Shown in pieces: positions 1 to 11,256 of a stretch of DNA of 64,000 nucleotides. Numbering within the stretch: position 1 is the first letter of the stretch; each line of letters starts with the position of its first letter. Location of the stretch: positions 100 to 64,099 of the forward strand of contig JBGCEO010000093.1 of NCBI GenBank assembly GCA_045106475.1, written 5' to 3'. The notes under the pieces were generated by a model that saw nothing but the letters and a program-made list of their open reading frames with translations, searched no databases and had not been told where the DNA came from. Source of the DNA: Granulosicoccus sp. Lineage in GTDB: Bacteria > Pseudomonadota > Gammaproteobacteria > Granulosicoccales > Granulosicoccaceae. Both the position numbers and the translations under genes were made by a program.

Positions 1-907
1 CAGGCGAGCCGTAGAGCACAGAAGGGTCTAAATTCCCCTGCAGTGCGACTCGATTGTTGGTTCTTGCTCGGGCATCAGCCAGATCGGTTGTCCAGTCTAC
101 TCCCAAGCCATCGCATCCCGTGTCAGCCATCTTGTTGAGCCATTGCCCGCCGTTTTTGGTGAATAGCACAACCGGCACCTTGCGCCCGTCTGCCTCTCTT
201 GTCAGGCCATCAACTATCTGTTGCATGTATTGCAGAGAGAACTCCTGATAGTTTGCCGGCGACAGTGCACCGCCCCAGGTATCGAATAGCATCAGAGACT
301 GTGCACCAGATTCAACCTGAGCATTGAGATACTGAATAACCGATCGGGCGGTTTTTTCCAGCAGCTTGTGCAGCGTGTCGGGGTCGCTGAATAACATGCC
401 TTTTACTTTGGCGAAGTCCTTACTACCACCACCCTCAACCATGTAGGTTGCCAGTGTCCATGGACTACCGGAAAAGCCAATCAGAGGCACTCGGCCATTC
501 AGTTCTTTTCGAATGGTACTCACTGCATCCATGACATAGCGAAGTTTGTCCGAAGGATCGGGTACCGGCAGCCTATCCACATCAGCCCGGCTGCGCACCG
601 GATTGGAAAATTTCGGACCTTCGCCAGTTTCAAAATGTAAGCCAAGCCCCATCGCATCCGGAATCGTCAGGATGTCGGAGAATAATATGGCAGCGTCGAG
701 GTTAAAACGATCGATGGGTTGCAGTGTGACTTCGCAGGCAAGCTCCGGTGTACTGCATAGAGTCATGAAATCACCAGCCTGTTTACGTACTTTAAGGTAT
801 TCAGGTAGGTAGCGTCCCGCTTGTCGCATAACCCAGACCGGGGTGCGAGGTGTTTCCTCCCGACTTAGAGCACGTAGATAGAGATCGTTTTGCAAAGGTA
901 CAGTCAT
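1..907 (-). CDS. hemE: uroporphyrinogen decarboxylase (3' end cut by window edge)
   Basis: My own translation of the minus strand from ATG at 907-905 gives [51 protein letters not shown]...[29 protein letters not shown]. This is the classic HemE N-terminal signature ([15 protein letters not shown], LFSDIL). It is absent from the ORF track because there is no stop inside the window. Confidence 0.9.
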   Translation of the reverse strand, partial: MTVPLQNDLYLRALSREETPRTPVWVMRQAGRYLPEYLKVRKQAGDFMTLCSTPELACEVTLQPIDRFNLDAAILFSDILTIPDAMGLGLHFETGEGPKFSNPVRSRADVDRLPVPDPSDKLRYVMDAVSTIRKELNGRVPLIGFSGSPWTLATYMVEGGGSKDFAKVKGMLFSDPDTLHKLLEKTARSVIQYLNAQVESGAQSLMLFDTWGGALSPANYQEFSLQYMQQIVDGLTREADGRKVPVVLFTKNGGQWLNKMADTGCDGLGVDWTTDLADARARTNNRVALQGNLDPSVLYGSP

Positions 908-946
908 GTTGTGTGCTTTGTCAGTTCAGTCGACCAGTGGATTGGT

Positions 947-2425
<1,479 letters not shown>

Positions 2426-2496
2426 TTACACGCTTTTGTACTGTGCAATCAGCGTTTTGGTCTTGCTCGCAGCCAATGGTGGCGTGTGAAGCAAAC

Positions 2497-2949
2497 TTAT
2501 CCGTTTAGCCGATCACGGATAAGCTTGCTGACAATAGACATGTCAGCACGACCTTGCAGTTTCGGTTTGATTATGCCCATAACCTTGCCCATGTCTTTAA
2601 CAGAGAGCGCACCGCTTGCGCTAATCGCGGAATCAACGATAGTGTCGATCTCAGCATCACTCAGTGCTTCGGGCAGGTAAGTCTGGATAAGCTCGGCCTC
2701 GGCCTGCTCTTGAGCGACAAGGTCATCACGCCCGGCTTTTGTGTACTGAGCGATCGATTCCCTGCGCTGCTTCAACAGCTTATCGAAAAGGGCGATCGTG
2801 GTCGGCTCATCCAGCTCGATGCGCTCATCGACCTCTTTTTGTTTGATGGCTGCAGACATCAGGCGCAACGTAGCAAGGCGAGGTTTGTCGCCTGCCTTCA
2901 TTGCTGTCTTGATATCGTCCAGAACGCGTTGACGGGTATCGCTCATCAC
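2497..2949 (-). CDS. yqeY: GatB/YqeY domain protein
   Basis: 150 aa. The pattern MKAGDKxRLxTLRLxxAAIKQKEVD...DMGKVMGIIKPKLQGRADM is typical of YqeY-family proteins. It lies downstream of rpsU, as in many gammaproteobacteria. Confidence 0.85.
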   Translation of the reverse strand: MMSDTRQRVLDDIKTAMKAGDKPRLATLRLMSAAIKQKEVDERIELDEPTTIALFDKLLKQRRESIAQYTKAGRDDLVAQEQAEAELIQTYLPEALSDAEIDTIVDSAISASGALSVKDMGKVMGIIKPKLQGRADMSIVSKLIRDRLNG

Positions 2950-3040
2950 GTGGATCCGTAGGACGGCTAAAAAGAGACGCTACATCAGGCCAGTAACGTC
3001 TCGTCATGGCCTAAGTGCGGTTAGATACTACTTGTACTAA

Positions 3041-3256
3041 TTAGTACAAACGTACTCGACGTGAGGATTCCTTGGATACCTTTTTCTGGTGGCGCTTTAC
3101 AGCTGCTGCTGCCTTGCGCTTACGCTCAGTGGTAGGCTTCTCGTAGAATTCACGACGGCGAGTTTCTGTCAGAACGCCTGCCTTTTCACAGGATCGTTTG
3201 AAGCGGCGCAGGGCCATTTCGAAGGGTTCGTTCTCTTTGACGCGTACTGATGGCAT
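3041..3256 (-). CDS. rpsU: 30S ribosomal protein S21
   Basis: The track ORF is 93 aa. The conserved S21 sequence starts at the internal ATG (3256-3254): [48 protein letters not shown]..., giving 71 aa. Confidence 0.95.
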   Translation of the reverse strand: MPSVRVKENEPFEMALRRFKRSCEKAGVLTETRRREFYEKPTTERKRKAAAAVKRHQKKVSKESSRRVRLY

Positions 3257-3350
3257 TAATGAATTACTCGGCTGAATCGCGGAAAGCTCTCTATTATAAC
3301 GGGTTCTATGCCATAAACTCAAATTTGGCGATTATTCTTCCAAAAATAAC

Positions 3351-4388
3351 ATGATAACGCTGGGAATCGAAACCTCCTGTGATGAAACAGGGCTTGGAAT
3401 TTACTGTACTAACAAAGGGTTATTGGCTCATGCGCTATTTAGCCAGGTCGATCTTCATGCTCTTTATGGGGGGGTGGTTCCGGAGTTGGCCTCGCGTGAT
3501 CACGTTCGTCGCCTTGTGCCGTTAACTCGCGAGGTTTGTCAGAAGGCTGGTATTGAGCTCTCTGATATAGATTCCATTGCTTTTACCAGAGGGCCGGGGC
3601 TTGCAGGTGCTTTGTTAACCGGCGCGATGATGGCAAGAGCCTTGGCTTGGGCATTGGATTGTCCAGCATTAGGGGTTCATCACCTGGAAGGGCATTTGTT
3701 GGCACCTATGCTAGAACCAACGCCACCAGAGTTTCCTTTTCTATGTCTGCTTGTCTCAGGTGGACACACTCAGCTCATCCATGTCGTGGAATTGGGTGAG
3801 TACACGCTTTTGGGGGAGTCTATAGACGATGCGGCTGGCGAGGCCTTTGATAAAACTGCGAAAATGCTCGGCTTGCCCTACCCGGGTGGCCCGGAGCTAT
3901 CCAGGCTAGCGGTGCAAGGTGATGCTTCGGCAGTCAGTTTGCCCAGGCCCATGATGGATCGACCCAATCTGGACTTTAGCTTTAGCGGATTGAAAACCGC
4001 CGCCATTACTCGCTTCAAGGCGTTTGATGGTACAGCTGAGCAGAACACGCAATTTATAGCTGACCTGGCGGCCAGTTTCGAGCAGGCGGTGGTTGACGTT
4101 CTGATTGGAAAAAGCCGCAAGGCGCTGCAGCAAACCGGCTTGCAACGTCTGGTTATTTCCGGCGGGGTAAGCGCTAACCGCGTGCTGCGGCTGTCAGCGG
4201 ATGAGCTCCAGACCAGCCTCGGCATAAATGTGTTTTATCCTCGCCTGGAATTTTGCACCGACAACGGAGCAATGATCGCCCTGGCTGGCGCACAACGACT
4301 ACTGCGCGGAGAATCATCAGCTCTGGAGGTCGATGTAAAGCCGCGTTGGCCTCTTGATTCTCTGGCCGGCTTCAGGGAGCGGGTTTAG
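3351..4388 (+). CDS. tsaD: tRNA N6-adenosine threonylcarbamoyltransferase
   Basis: 345 aa. Motifs [15 protein letters not shown] and VSGGHT are present. It is divergent from rpsU, as in E. coli and Pseudomonas. Confidence 0.95.
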   Translation: MITLGIETSCDETGLGIYCTNKGLLAHALFSQVDLHALYGGVVPELASRDHVRRLVPLTREVCQKAGIELSDIDSIAFTRGPGLAGALLTGAMMARALAWALDCPALGVHHLEGHLLAPMLEPTPPEFPFLCLLVSGGHTQLIHVVELGEYTLLGESIDDAAGEAFDKTAKMLGLPYPGGPELSRLAVQGDASAVSLPRPMMDRPNLDFSFSGLKTAAITRFKAFDGTAEQNTQFIADLAASFEQAVVDVLIGKSRKALQQTGLQRLVISGGVSANRVLRLSADELQTSLGINVFYPRLEFCTDNGAMIALAGAQRLLRGESSALEVDVKPRWPLDSLAGFRERV

Positions 4389-4990
4389 CGCTTTCCGATC
4401 TTCGGTTCTGTGCCGGCTATAAGCCTCTGAATATTACTGCGATGGGTGTAGAACAGGAACACGCCAATGATCAGAAAAACAAATGCGAAGGCCTGCTGCG
4501 CTTCAAACAGCAAATAGAGAGGAACCAGCACAAACGTAATCAGCGCGGCCAGAGAAGAGCGCTTGAATGCAAGACTGACAGCGAGCCAGGTCAGCAAAGC
4601 CAATGCACCCACACTCAGGTCAATGCCCAGCAGCGCACCTAGAGCGGTCGCCACGCCTTTACCTCCCTCGAATTGAAAAAACACCGGATAGAGGTGACCT
4701 ATGAACGCAGCCAAAGCAGCCAAAGCAATGGTCGGCGGGTGGGAAGTCAGTGCAGCGGTAACCACAACCGGCAGAAAGCCTTTGAGCGCATCCCCCAGCA
4801 GCGTTAAGGCTGCCGGCAGTTTGCCGCCTAATCGCAATACATTGGTAGCGCCGGGATTGCCTGATCCTGCTGTGCGGGGGTCGTCCAGGCCCATCAAACG
4901 GCAGACAATGATGGCCGCAGAGACGGAGCCTGCAAGATAGGAGAATACCGCCACAAACAGAGCGGGTATGGCAAGATCGGCGCTAAACAC
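4385..4990 (-). CDS. plsY: glycerol-3-phosphate acyltransferase PlsY
   Basis: 201 aa with a GTG start. It is multi-TM and carries the [11 protein letters not shown] motif. Its stop overlaps the tsaD stop (convergent). Confidence 0.9.
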   Translation of the reverse strand: MFSADLAIPALFVAVFSYLAGSVSAAIIVCRLMGLDDPRTAGSGNPGATNVLRLGGKLPAALTLLGDALKGFLPVVVTAALTSHPPTIALAALAAFIGHLYPVFFQFEGGKGVATALGALLGIDLSVGALALLTWLAVSLAFKRSSLAALITFVLVPLYLLFEAQQAFAFVFLIIGVFLFYTHRSNIQRLIAGTEPKIGKR

Positions 4991-5057
4991 GTTAGTTGGT
5001 CACCAAGATGAGGTTCAGGGTGCACTATATAAGAATAGAGTCGGTACAACCCGAATA

Positions 5058-5963
5058 ATGAGCACACTCATTCAGCCAGCCCCTATTGGTTGCGTCCGCA
5101 AGCAGTTTTCCCGCGCTGCGGATACCTTTGGGGCGCATGCAGCCGTCTTCGAAACCATTGGTGATCGCCTACAGTCCAGGCTTGAATTGCTGGCAATCAA
5201 GCCAGAGCGCGTATTAGATCTCGGCTGCCGCAGCGGTTACCAGCTGAACGCATTGCAACAGCGTTACCCGGATGCTCAGGTGATCGGCGCAGATCCAGCC
5301 CCGGGCTTACCCGAATCGATGCCCGGTTCCTGGCCCTCATGGCTGCGCCGGCGTCCTAGAATGGCTGAGCGTGTGGCTTGTGACCCTCACGCTTTGCCGT
5401 TTGCGAACGAGAGCTTCGATCTGGTGGTCTCAAACCTGATGCTCCCTTGGTGCCATTCGCCCCATCGTGTGTTTGAAGAAGCCGCCCGTATTCTTTGCCC
5501 GGGAGGAGCTTTCATGTTTACCAGCGCAGGCCCCGATACTCTGCTCGAATACCGAGCTGCCTGGGCTCGAGTCGACAGTCAGCTGCACAGTTTTGGCCTG
5601 ATTGACATGCATGATCTTGGTGACACTTTGATGGCATCGGGTTTTGCTGCACCGGTGCTGGATCGCGATAATCTTATCGTCGACTACCCCAGTATTGATG
5701 CGCTGCAGGAAGAGCTGCGCTTTGTGGGTGCCGCCAATCTGGCAATGGGACGGCGCCAGGGGCTCATGTCTCGAGCAGTGCGGTGCAGGCTTCAGGAAGC
5801 TGTCACAGCGGGCGCTCGATTCAGCGTTACGCTGGAGCTGGTTCAAGGCCATGGGTGGAAGGGCGAGCTAACTCCCACGCTTCAAAGCAGTGATGACGGC
5901 TATAAAGTGTCCGTGGACAGCTTGCGTGGATCCTGGAAGGGTAACTTCGCGCGTCGTCGTTGA
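5058..5963 (+). CDS. class I SAM-dependent methyltransferase (BioC-like)
   Basis: Motif I is VLDLGCRSG and the post-I/II region reads FDLVVSNLMLPW...LCPGGAFMF. I chose the start at the internal ATG 5058, because the first 30 codons of the track ORF overlap the plsY start region. Confidence 0.6.
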   Translation: MSTLIQPAPIGCVRKQFSRAADTFGAHAAVFETIGDRLQSRLELLAIKPERVLDLGCRSGYQLNALQQRYPDAQVIGADPAPGLPESMPGSWPSWLRRRPRMAERVACDPHALPFANESFDLVVSNLMLPWCHSPHRVFEEAARILCPGGAFMFTSAGPDTLLEYRAAWARVDSQLHSFGLIDMHDLGDTLMASGFAAPVLDRDNLIVDYPSIDALQEELRFVGAANLAMGRRQGLMSRAVRCRLQEAVTAGARFSVTLELVQGHGWKGELTPTLQSSDDGYKVSVDSLRGSWKGNFARRR

Positions 5964-6086
5964 TGTGAACGGCATGACATTCGCTGAGGTAACAAGCGCT
6001 CAACCAAACTTTACAGTTGCACGTACATAGACGAAAATAGACGTTAGATTCGACCGGTCGGGTCGATAACTGATAATTTCCTGCCA

Positions 6087-6560
6087 ATGATCGAAGTACA
6101 GGACAATAAAGGTAAGTCGACCCGGCTTATCGTTATGGCGAATCAGTCCATGAGCTGGCGAGCGAATCTGTATCTGGCTGCTAGCCTGGGATTCATTTGT
6201 ATGGGTGTAGCGATTGCTATGGCTGCCTACGGATTATGGATGGTTATTCCATTTGCGGGTGCTGAGGTCGTGTTAATAGTGGTTTGTCTTTACCTGACGT
6301 TAAAAAGATTGTCTAGAAAAGAGATAATTACGGTAGACAATGAGGCGATAAAGCTCGAGTGGGGCTACAATCAACCGGATGTCACTGTAAACTTGCCACG
6401 TCGGTGGAGCCGTCTGCGATACTACTGTGCTGACAGCCCCTTTGAAGTGGGTGATTTGAGTGTTTCGGCGCACGGCAAACGCTACGAGCTTGGCCAGTGC
6501 CTGAATCGTGAAGAAAAGAAAACGTTGTACACAGAATTACAGGCAGTGCTGGCAAAGTAG
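6087..6560 (+). CDS. DUF2244-type integral membrane protein (cox-cluster associated)
   Basis: 157 aa with two adjacent TM helices after a short N-terminus. It lies immediately upstream of coxB, which is typical of gammaproteobacterial aa3 clusters. Confidence 0.6.
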   Translation: MIEVQDNKGKSTRLIVMANQSMSWRANLYLAASLGFICMGVAIAMAAYGLWMVIPFAGAEVVLIVVCLYLTLKRLSRKEIITVDNEAIKLEWGYNQPDVTVNLPRRWSRLRYYCADSPFEVGDLSVSAHGKRYELGQCLNREEKKTLYTELQAVLAK

Positions 6561-6627
6561 CGTTTCGCTTCAGGTGCCGGCATTGGGTATTGAAAGATTT
6601 CGATTTTGAAAATTTGGAGAGTGGTTT

Positions 6628-7866
6628 ATGACGTCTAACGTATCCCGTTGGGCGCTTCTGTTGTTGGTCGCGCTTTTGTTGCCGGTGGGCGCATGGGCAG
6701 ACTGGGGAGCGCTGAACATGACGAAGGGGGTGACGGAAATCAGCAATGAGGTTTATCACCTCCATATGCGGATTTTCTATATATGTTGTGCGATCGGCGC
6801 GGCGGTTTTCGCTGTGATGATTGTATCAATGTACCTTCATCGTAAATCCAGGGGCGCAAAACCTGCTGACTTCCACGAGAGTACAACAGTCGAAATTGTC
6901 TGGACCATTGTGCCGCTTGTCATCCTGATTGCTATGGCCATACCGGCGGCCAGAGTGTTAATCAAGATGGAAGACTTCAGCGACTCCGAAATGTCGATAA
7001 AAGTCACCGGTTATCAGTGGCGTTGGCAGTACGAATATATGGATAGCGGTGTGTCTTTCTACAGCCAGCTGCACCCCGAGCACAACAAAGCGCGACAGCA
7101 AGGTGCTGATGTAGATCTCGCCTCAACTTTTCCGGGCAAAGACTTTAATGGTGACGAGCCGGTCTACCTGCGTGAAGTCGATAACGAGCTGGTCGTGCCA
7201 GTCGGCAAGAAAATTCGTTTTCTGCATACGGCTGCTGATGTTATTCACTCCTGGTGGGTTGAAGATCTAGCCATCAAGAAGGACGCTATCCCAGGGTTTA
7301 TCAATGAGAACTGGGCGCGTATCAATGAACCCGGTATCTATCGAGGCAAATGTGCCGAGCTCTGTGGTCGAGACCATGGGTTTATGCCGATTGTTGTTCG
7401 TGCCGTGCCTCAAGAAGAATTTGACATCTGGATTGCTGAAAAACAGCAGGCGATGGCTTCAGCTGCCGGTGCTGCAGAGCGCCAATGGAATCACCAGGAA
7501 CTCGTGACTGCGGGCAAACAGGTTTATCAGGCAAACTGCATGAGCTGTCATCAGGCCGAAGGCCAAGGTATCCCGGGCATGTTTCCGGCTATTGCTGGCA
7601 GTGATGTCGCTACAGGTAGCATTGACACGCACATAAGTACCGTCATGAATGGTGTCGAAGGCACCTTGATGTCTCAGTTTAGTGGTGCGCTTTCCGATGC
7701 CGACATCGCTGCAGTCATTACCTATCAGCGAAATGCCTTCGGTAACGACACTGGCGACACCTTGCAGCCTGCGCATATTAAGTCTCTGCGCGATGGCATC
7801 GATTTAAAAGTGCCAAGCAATGTTGCTGCAGTCCAGGATTTAAACCTTAATACAGGAGTCAACTGA
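6628..7866 (+). CDS. coxB: cytochrome c oxidase subunit II with C-terminal cytochrome c domain
   Basis: It has a signal peptide, two TM helices, a CuA site (HSWWVEDL...CAELCGRDHGFM) and a C-terminal CMSCH heme c motif. Confidence 0.95.
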   Translation: MTSNVSRWALLLLVALLLPVGAWADWGALNMTKGVTEISNEVYHLHMRIFYICCAIGAAVFAVMIVSMYLHRKSRGAKPADFHESTTVEIVWTIVPLVILIAMAIPAARVLIKMEDFSDSEMSIKVTGYQWRWQYEYMDSGVSFYSQLHPEHNKARQQGADVDLASTFPGKDFNGDEPVYLREVDNELVVPVGKKIRFLHTAADVIHSWWVEDLAIKKDAIPGFINENWARINEPGIYRGKCAELCGRDHGFMPIVVRAVPQEEFDIWIAEKQQAMASAAGAAERQWNHQELVTAGKQVYQANCMSCHQAEGQGIPGMFPAIAGSDVATGSIDTHISTVMNGVEGTLMSQFSGALSDADIAAVITYQRNAFGNDTGDTLQPAHIKSLRDGIDLKVPSNVAAVQDLNLNTGVN

Positions 7867-9497
7867 TGAGTTCTCAAGATGTCACTCACCATGCGGCAGA
7901 TGACCACAACCACGATCACGGCGATGATCATGACCACCACGGTCCCGCACCGGGGCTCATGCGCTGGGTAACCACGACCAATCACAAAGATATCGGAACG
8001 CTGTACCTGTGGTTCTCCCTGATCATGTTTTTTATCGGCGGAGCCATGGCTCTGGTCATCCGCGCTGAGCTGTTTCAACCGGGCATCCAGATCGTCGACC
8101 CGATGTTCTTTAACTCCATGACGACTATGCATGCCATCGTCATGATCTTCGGTGTGGTCATGCCTGCTTTTGTGGGTCTTGCCAACTGGATGATTCCGAT
8201 GATGATCGGGGCACCGGACATGGCTCTGCCACGTCTCAACAACTGGTCTTTCTGGATTATGCCGTTTGCATTCACCATCATGCTGTCCACTTTGTTCATG
8301 GACAGTGGTGGCCCTGCGGGTGGTTGGACACTTTATCCGCCGTTGGTTTTACAGATGGGGGATAGTTTTGCCTTTGTGATCTTTGCCATCCACTTCCTGG
8401 GTATTTCCTCGGTCATGGGCTCGATCAATATCGTTGCCACAATCTTCAATATGCGACCGCCTGGCATGACCTTCATGAAGATGCCGATGTTTGTTTGGAC
8501 CTGGCTCATCACGGCTTATCTATTGATCGCTACAATTCCCGTGTTTGCCGGGGCTGTAACAATGCTACTAACCGATCGTTTTTTCGGTACCAGCTTCTTC
8601 AGTGCGGCAGGTGGTGGTGATCCGGTTATGTTCCAGCATATCTTCTGGTTCTTTGGTCATCCAGAGGTATACATTCTTATATTGCCGGCCTTCGGTATCG
8701 TCTCCTCTATCATCCCGACATTTGCCCGTAAGCAATTATTCGGTTACGACTCCATGGTCTACGCCACAGCATCAATAGCGTTCCTCTCTTTTATTGTTTG
8801 GGCGCATCATATGTTCACAACCGGCATGCCTTTGGCTGGTGAGCTGTTTTTCATGTTTTCAACCATGATGATCTCGGTGCCTACTGGCGTAAAGGTCTTC
8901 AACTGGGTTGCAACCATGTGGCGTGGCTCCATGACGTTTGAAACGCCGATGCTATTCGCTATTGGTTTTGTCATCATGTTTACCGTTGGTGGTTTGTCTG
9001 GTTTGATGCTGGCCATTACCCCGGCTGATATTCAGTACCATGACACCTACTTTGTCGTTGCACATTTCCACTACGTACTGGTACCCGGCGCGATTTACTC
9101 GCTTATGGCCGCTACGTATTACTGGTTGCCAAAGTGGACCGGCAATATGTACGACGAAACACTGGGCAAGTGGCACTTCTGGATTTCGACGGTATTTGTC
9201 AACGTTCTTTTCTTCCCAATGCACTTCGTGGGTCTTGCCGGGATGCCGCGGCGTATTCCAGACTACAGCCTGCAATTTGCAGACTGGAACATGATCGCAA
9301 CGATAGGCGCTTTCGGTTTTGGTTTCAGCCAGCTGATGTTCGTATACATCATTGTCAAATGTGTACGAGGTGGTGAGAAGGCAACGGGTGAAGTTTGGGA
9401 AGGGGCTCGTGGTCTTGAGTGGACCGTACCTTCGCCTGCTCCTTACCACACCTTCGAAACTGCACCAGACATTCAGCCTGCCACAGTAACTCGCTAA
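7866..9497 (+). CDS. coxA: cytochrome c oxidase subunit I
   Basis: 543 aa. TTNHKDIGTLY is present, with 12 TM-like segments and HPEVYILILP. Its ATG overlaps the coxB TGA (TGATG). Confidence 0.97.
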   Translation: MSSQDVTHHAADDHNHDHGDDHDHHGPAPGLMRWVTTTNHKDIGTLYLWFSLIMFFIGGAMALVIRAELFQPGIQIVDPMFFNSMTTMHAIVMIFGVVMPAFVGLANWMIPMMIGAPDMALPRLNNWSFWIMPFAFTIMLSTLFMDSGGPAGGWTLYPPLVLQMGDSFAFVIFAIHFLGISSVMGSINIVATIFNMRPPGMTFMKMPMFVWTWLITAYLLIATIPVFAGAVTMLLTDRFFGTSFFSAAGGGDPVMFQHIFWFFGHPEVYILILPAFGIVSSIIPTFARKQLFGYDSMVYATASIAFLSFIVWAHHMFTTGMPLAGELFFMFSTMMISVPTGVKVFNWVATMWRGSMTFETPMLFAIGFVIMFTVGGLSGLMLAITPADIQYHDTYFVVAHFHYVLVPGAIYSLMAATYYWLPKWTGNMYDETLGKWHFWISTVFVNVLFFPMHFVGLAGMPRRIPDYSLQFADWNMIATIGAFGFGFSQLMFVYIIVKCVRGGEKATGEVWEGARGLEWTVPSPAPYHTFETAPDIQPATVTR

Positions 9498-9507
9498 TCT
9501 AGAGTCG

Positions 9508-9687
9508 ATGAGCAACGAATCCATAACATCTGCAGCTAGTGAAACGCCCGTTGCAAAACCAGAAGCTGAACAAGCTCCAGGTTTTTTTCGGCGTTATCGC
9601 TTGCCACTGGTGTTGGGATTCGTGGCTATTTGTCTGTACGCCACCAGCATTCTCTACATTCTTTACGGCAGAGGGCAGGTGGTATGA
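9508..9687 (+). CDS. 59-aa single-TM protein between coxA and ctaG (possible small oxidase subunit or assembly factor)
   Basis: My own translation gives MSNESITSAASETPVAKPEAEQAPGFFRRYRLPLVLGFVAICLYATSILYILYGRGQVV*. It falls below the track length cut-off. It starts 11 nt after the coxA stop. Its TGA overlaps the ctaG ATG (ATGA at 9684-9687). There is one clear TM helix after a positively charged RRYR. Confidence 0.55.
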   Translation: MSNESITSAASETPVAKPEAEQAPGFFRRYRLPLVLGFVAICLYATSILYILYGRGQVV

Positions 9688-10253
9688 GTACTGACAATAT
9701 GCCTGACATGCACCAGCGGTCGGTTATGCGCTCTCACGGCCGAGTCGCTGGTAAAATGTTGGCGTTGGCCTGTGCGATGTTCGGCTTTGGTTACTTGATG
9801 GTGCCGCTATATGACATTATCTGCGACATCACTGGATTGAATGGTAAAACGGGACGTGTCAGTGTGGCTTCAGTAGCACCCGTTGAAGCTGTCGTTGATG
9901 ATCGCGAAGTTACTGTCGAATTTGTAGCGAGTATTAATCAGGGCGGTTCCTGGATATTTAAACCCATGGTCAAGACCATGCAGGTGGTGCCCGGTAAGCT
10001 TTATCACGCCAGCTACTATGCAGAAAATCTGACTGACAAAGCCGTTGTGGCACAAGCGACGCCCAGCGTAACGCCATTTTCCGCAGCCAAATATTTCAAC
10101 AAGACGGAGTGTTTCTGTTTTACCAGACAGGAATTCGAACCCAAGGGCTCCAAGGACATGCCGCTAACTTTCATTATTGATGAAGACTTGCCCATCAATG
10201 TGGATAGGGTGACTTTGTCATACACGTTTTTCCGTTCTCCTGAACAAACCTGA
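9684..10253 (+). CDS. ctaG: cytochrome c oxidase assembly protein CtaG/Cox11
   Basis: It has an N-terminal TM, LYDIICDITGLNGKT and the copper-binding CFCF motif (ECFCFTRQ). I set the start at the internal ATG 9684, coupled to the upstream small ORF. Confidence 0.9.
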   Translation: MSTDNMPDMHQRSVMRSHGRVAGKMLALACAMFGFGYLMVPLYDIICDITGLNGKTGRVSVASVAPVEAVVDDREVTVEFVASINQGGSWIFKPMVKTMQVVPGKLYHASYYAENLTDKAVVAQATPSVTPFSAAKYFNKTECFCFTRQEFEPKGSKDMPLTFIIDEDLPINVDRVTLSYTFFRSPEQT

Positions 10254-10313
10254 CTGACCTAACAGATTTTTTATTGACTAACTGGGTGCGCAGATACCCT
10301 CACAGGACTAGTT

Positions 10314-11183
10314 ATGAGTAGTGCCACTGGCTATTACATTCCACATGCCGCTCGATGGCCGATCGTCGGCTCAATCGGCTTGTTCATATTTTTCTATGGC
10401 TTTGCCACGTGGTTAAACCAAGGGCCATTCGGTAAAGAGATGTTCTTTATCGGTGTTGCGATAGTGGTCTTCATGATGTTTGGCTGGTTTGGAATGGTGG
10501 CCAAAGAGAGCGAATCAGGTACCTACAATAGTCAGGTGGATACCTCGTTCAGGATGTGCATGATGTGGTTCATCTTCTCAGAGGTCATGTTTTTTGCAGC
10601 CTTTTTTGGTGCATTGTTTTATGCACGAACATTTTCCGGCCCCTGGCTAGGTGGCATCGGTGGCGGTGGTGCCGATATGACTAATGCGGTTTTATACACC
10701 GGGCACGATTATGTATGGCCCAGCAATGGTCCCGGTGATATCGGTGGCAAGTTCCAGCAGATGGGTTGGTTCGGTTTGCCACTTATCAATACCTTGTTGT
10801 TACTTACCAGTGGACTGACTTGTACCTTCGCACATCATGCAATTCGTGCAGGACACCGCAATCCATTCATACTTTGGTTACTGGCTACAGTTACGCTAGG
10901 ATTTATCTTTGTAGGCCTGCAAGGCTATGAGTATTACCACGCTTACCACGAATTGAACCTGAAGATGTCCAGTGGCATTTACGGTTCAACTTTCTTCCTC
11001 CTGACAGGCTTTCATGGTTTCCACGTAACGATGGGCGCCGTCATCCTGTTAGTGGTCATGCTTCGTGCCACGCGAAAGCACTTTAGCGCTGACAATCATT
11101 TTGCATTCGAGGCGGCCGCCTGGTATTGGCACTTCGTTGATGTGGTCTGGTTAGGACTGTTCATCTTTGTGTATCTGTTGTGA
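10314..11183 (+). CDS. coxC: cytochrome c oxidase subunit III
   Basis: 289 aa with 7 TM-like segments. FFLLTGFHGFHVTMG and WYWHFVDVVW are present. Confidence 0.95.
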   Translation: MSSATGYYIPHAARWPIVGSIGLFIFFYGFATWLNQGPFGKEMFFIGVAIVVFMMFGWFGMVAKESESGTYNSQVDTSFRMCMMWFIFSEVMFFAAFFGALFYARTFSGPWLGGIGGGGADMTNAVLYTGHDYVWPSNGPGDIGGKFQQMGWFGLPLINTLLLLTSGLTCTFAHHAIRAGHRNPFILWLLATVTLGFIFVGLQGYEYYHAYHELNLKMSSGIYGSTFFLLTGFHGFHVTMGAVILLVVMLRATRKHFSADNHFAFEAAAWYWHFVDVVWLGLFIFVYLL

Positions 11184-11212
11184 TTTGAACCAAGCACACA
11201 AGTAATCACGAA

Positions 11213-11239
11213 CAAGGGGCGGATTTTCCGCCCCTTTTC
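11213..11239 (+). terminator. rho-independent terminator after coxC
   Basis: GGGGCGG (11216-11222), loop ATTTT, CCGCCCC (11228-11234), followed by TTTT. Confidence 0.75.
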
Positions 11240-11256
11240 AATGGCAATATCCTTAC

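Noticed and set aside
2554-2961. A 135-aa plus-strand ORF overlapping yqeY.
   Set aside because: It is antisense to a well-matching GatB/YqeY gene and shows no independent evidence.
6051-6060. A 10-bp perfect palindrome, CGACCGGTCG, followed by GGTCG upstream of the DUF2244 gene. It superficially resembles the CGGGTCG core of the 36.9-kb repeat.
   Set aside because: It is a single short copy and the similarity is limited to 6-7 nt. That is insufficient to claim a relationship.
7866-7960. A His/Asp-rich N-terminus of CoxA (HHAADDHNHDHGDDHDHHGP), considered as an unusual metal-binding extension.
   Set aside because: Similar His-rich N-terminal stretches precede the conserved MRWVTTTNHKDIG segment in other gammaproteobacterial subunit I proteins, such as Pseudomonas. 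It is not distinctive.
8952-9524. A 190-aa ORF on the minus strand inside coxA.
   Set aside because: It is fully antisense to a very well supported cytochrome oxidase subunit I gene. It has no recognisable motifs, and its composition looks like a mirror of a membrane-protein gene.
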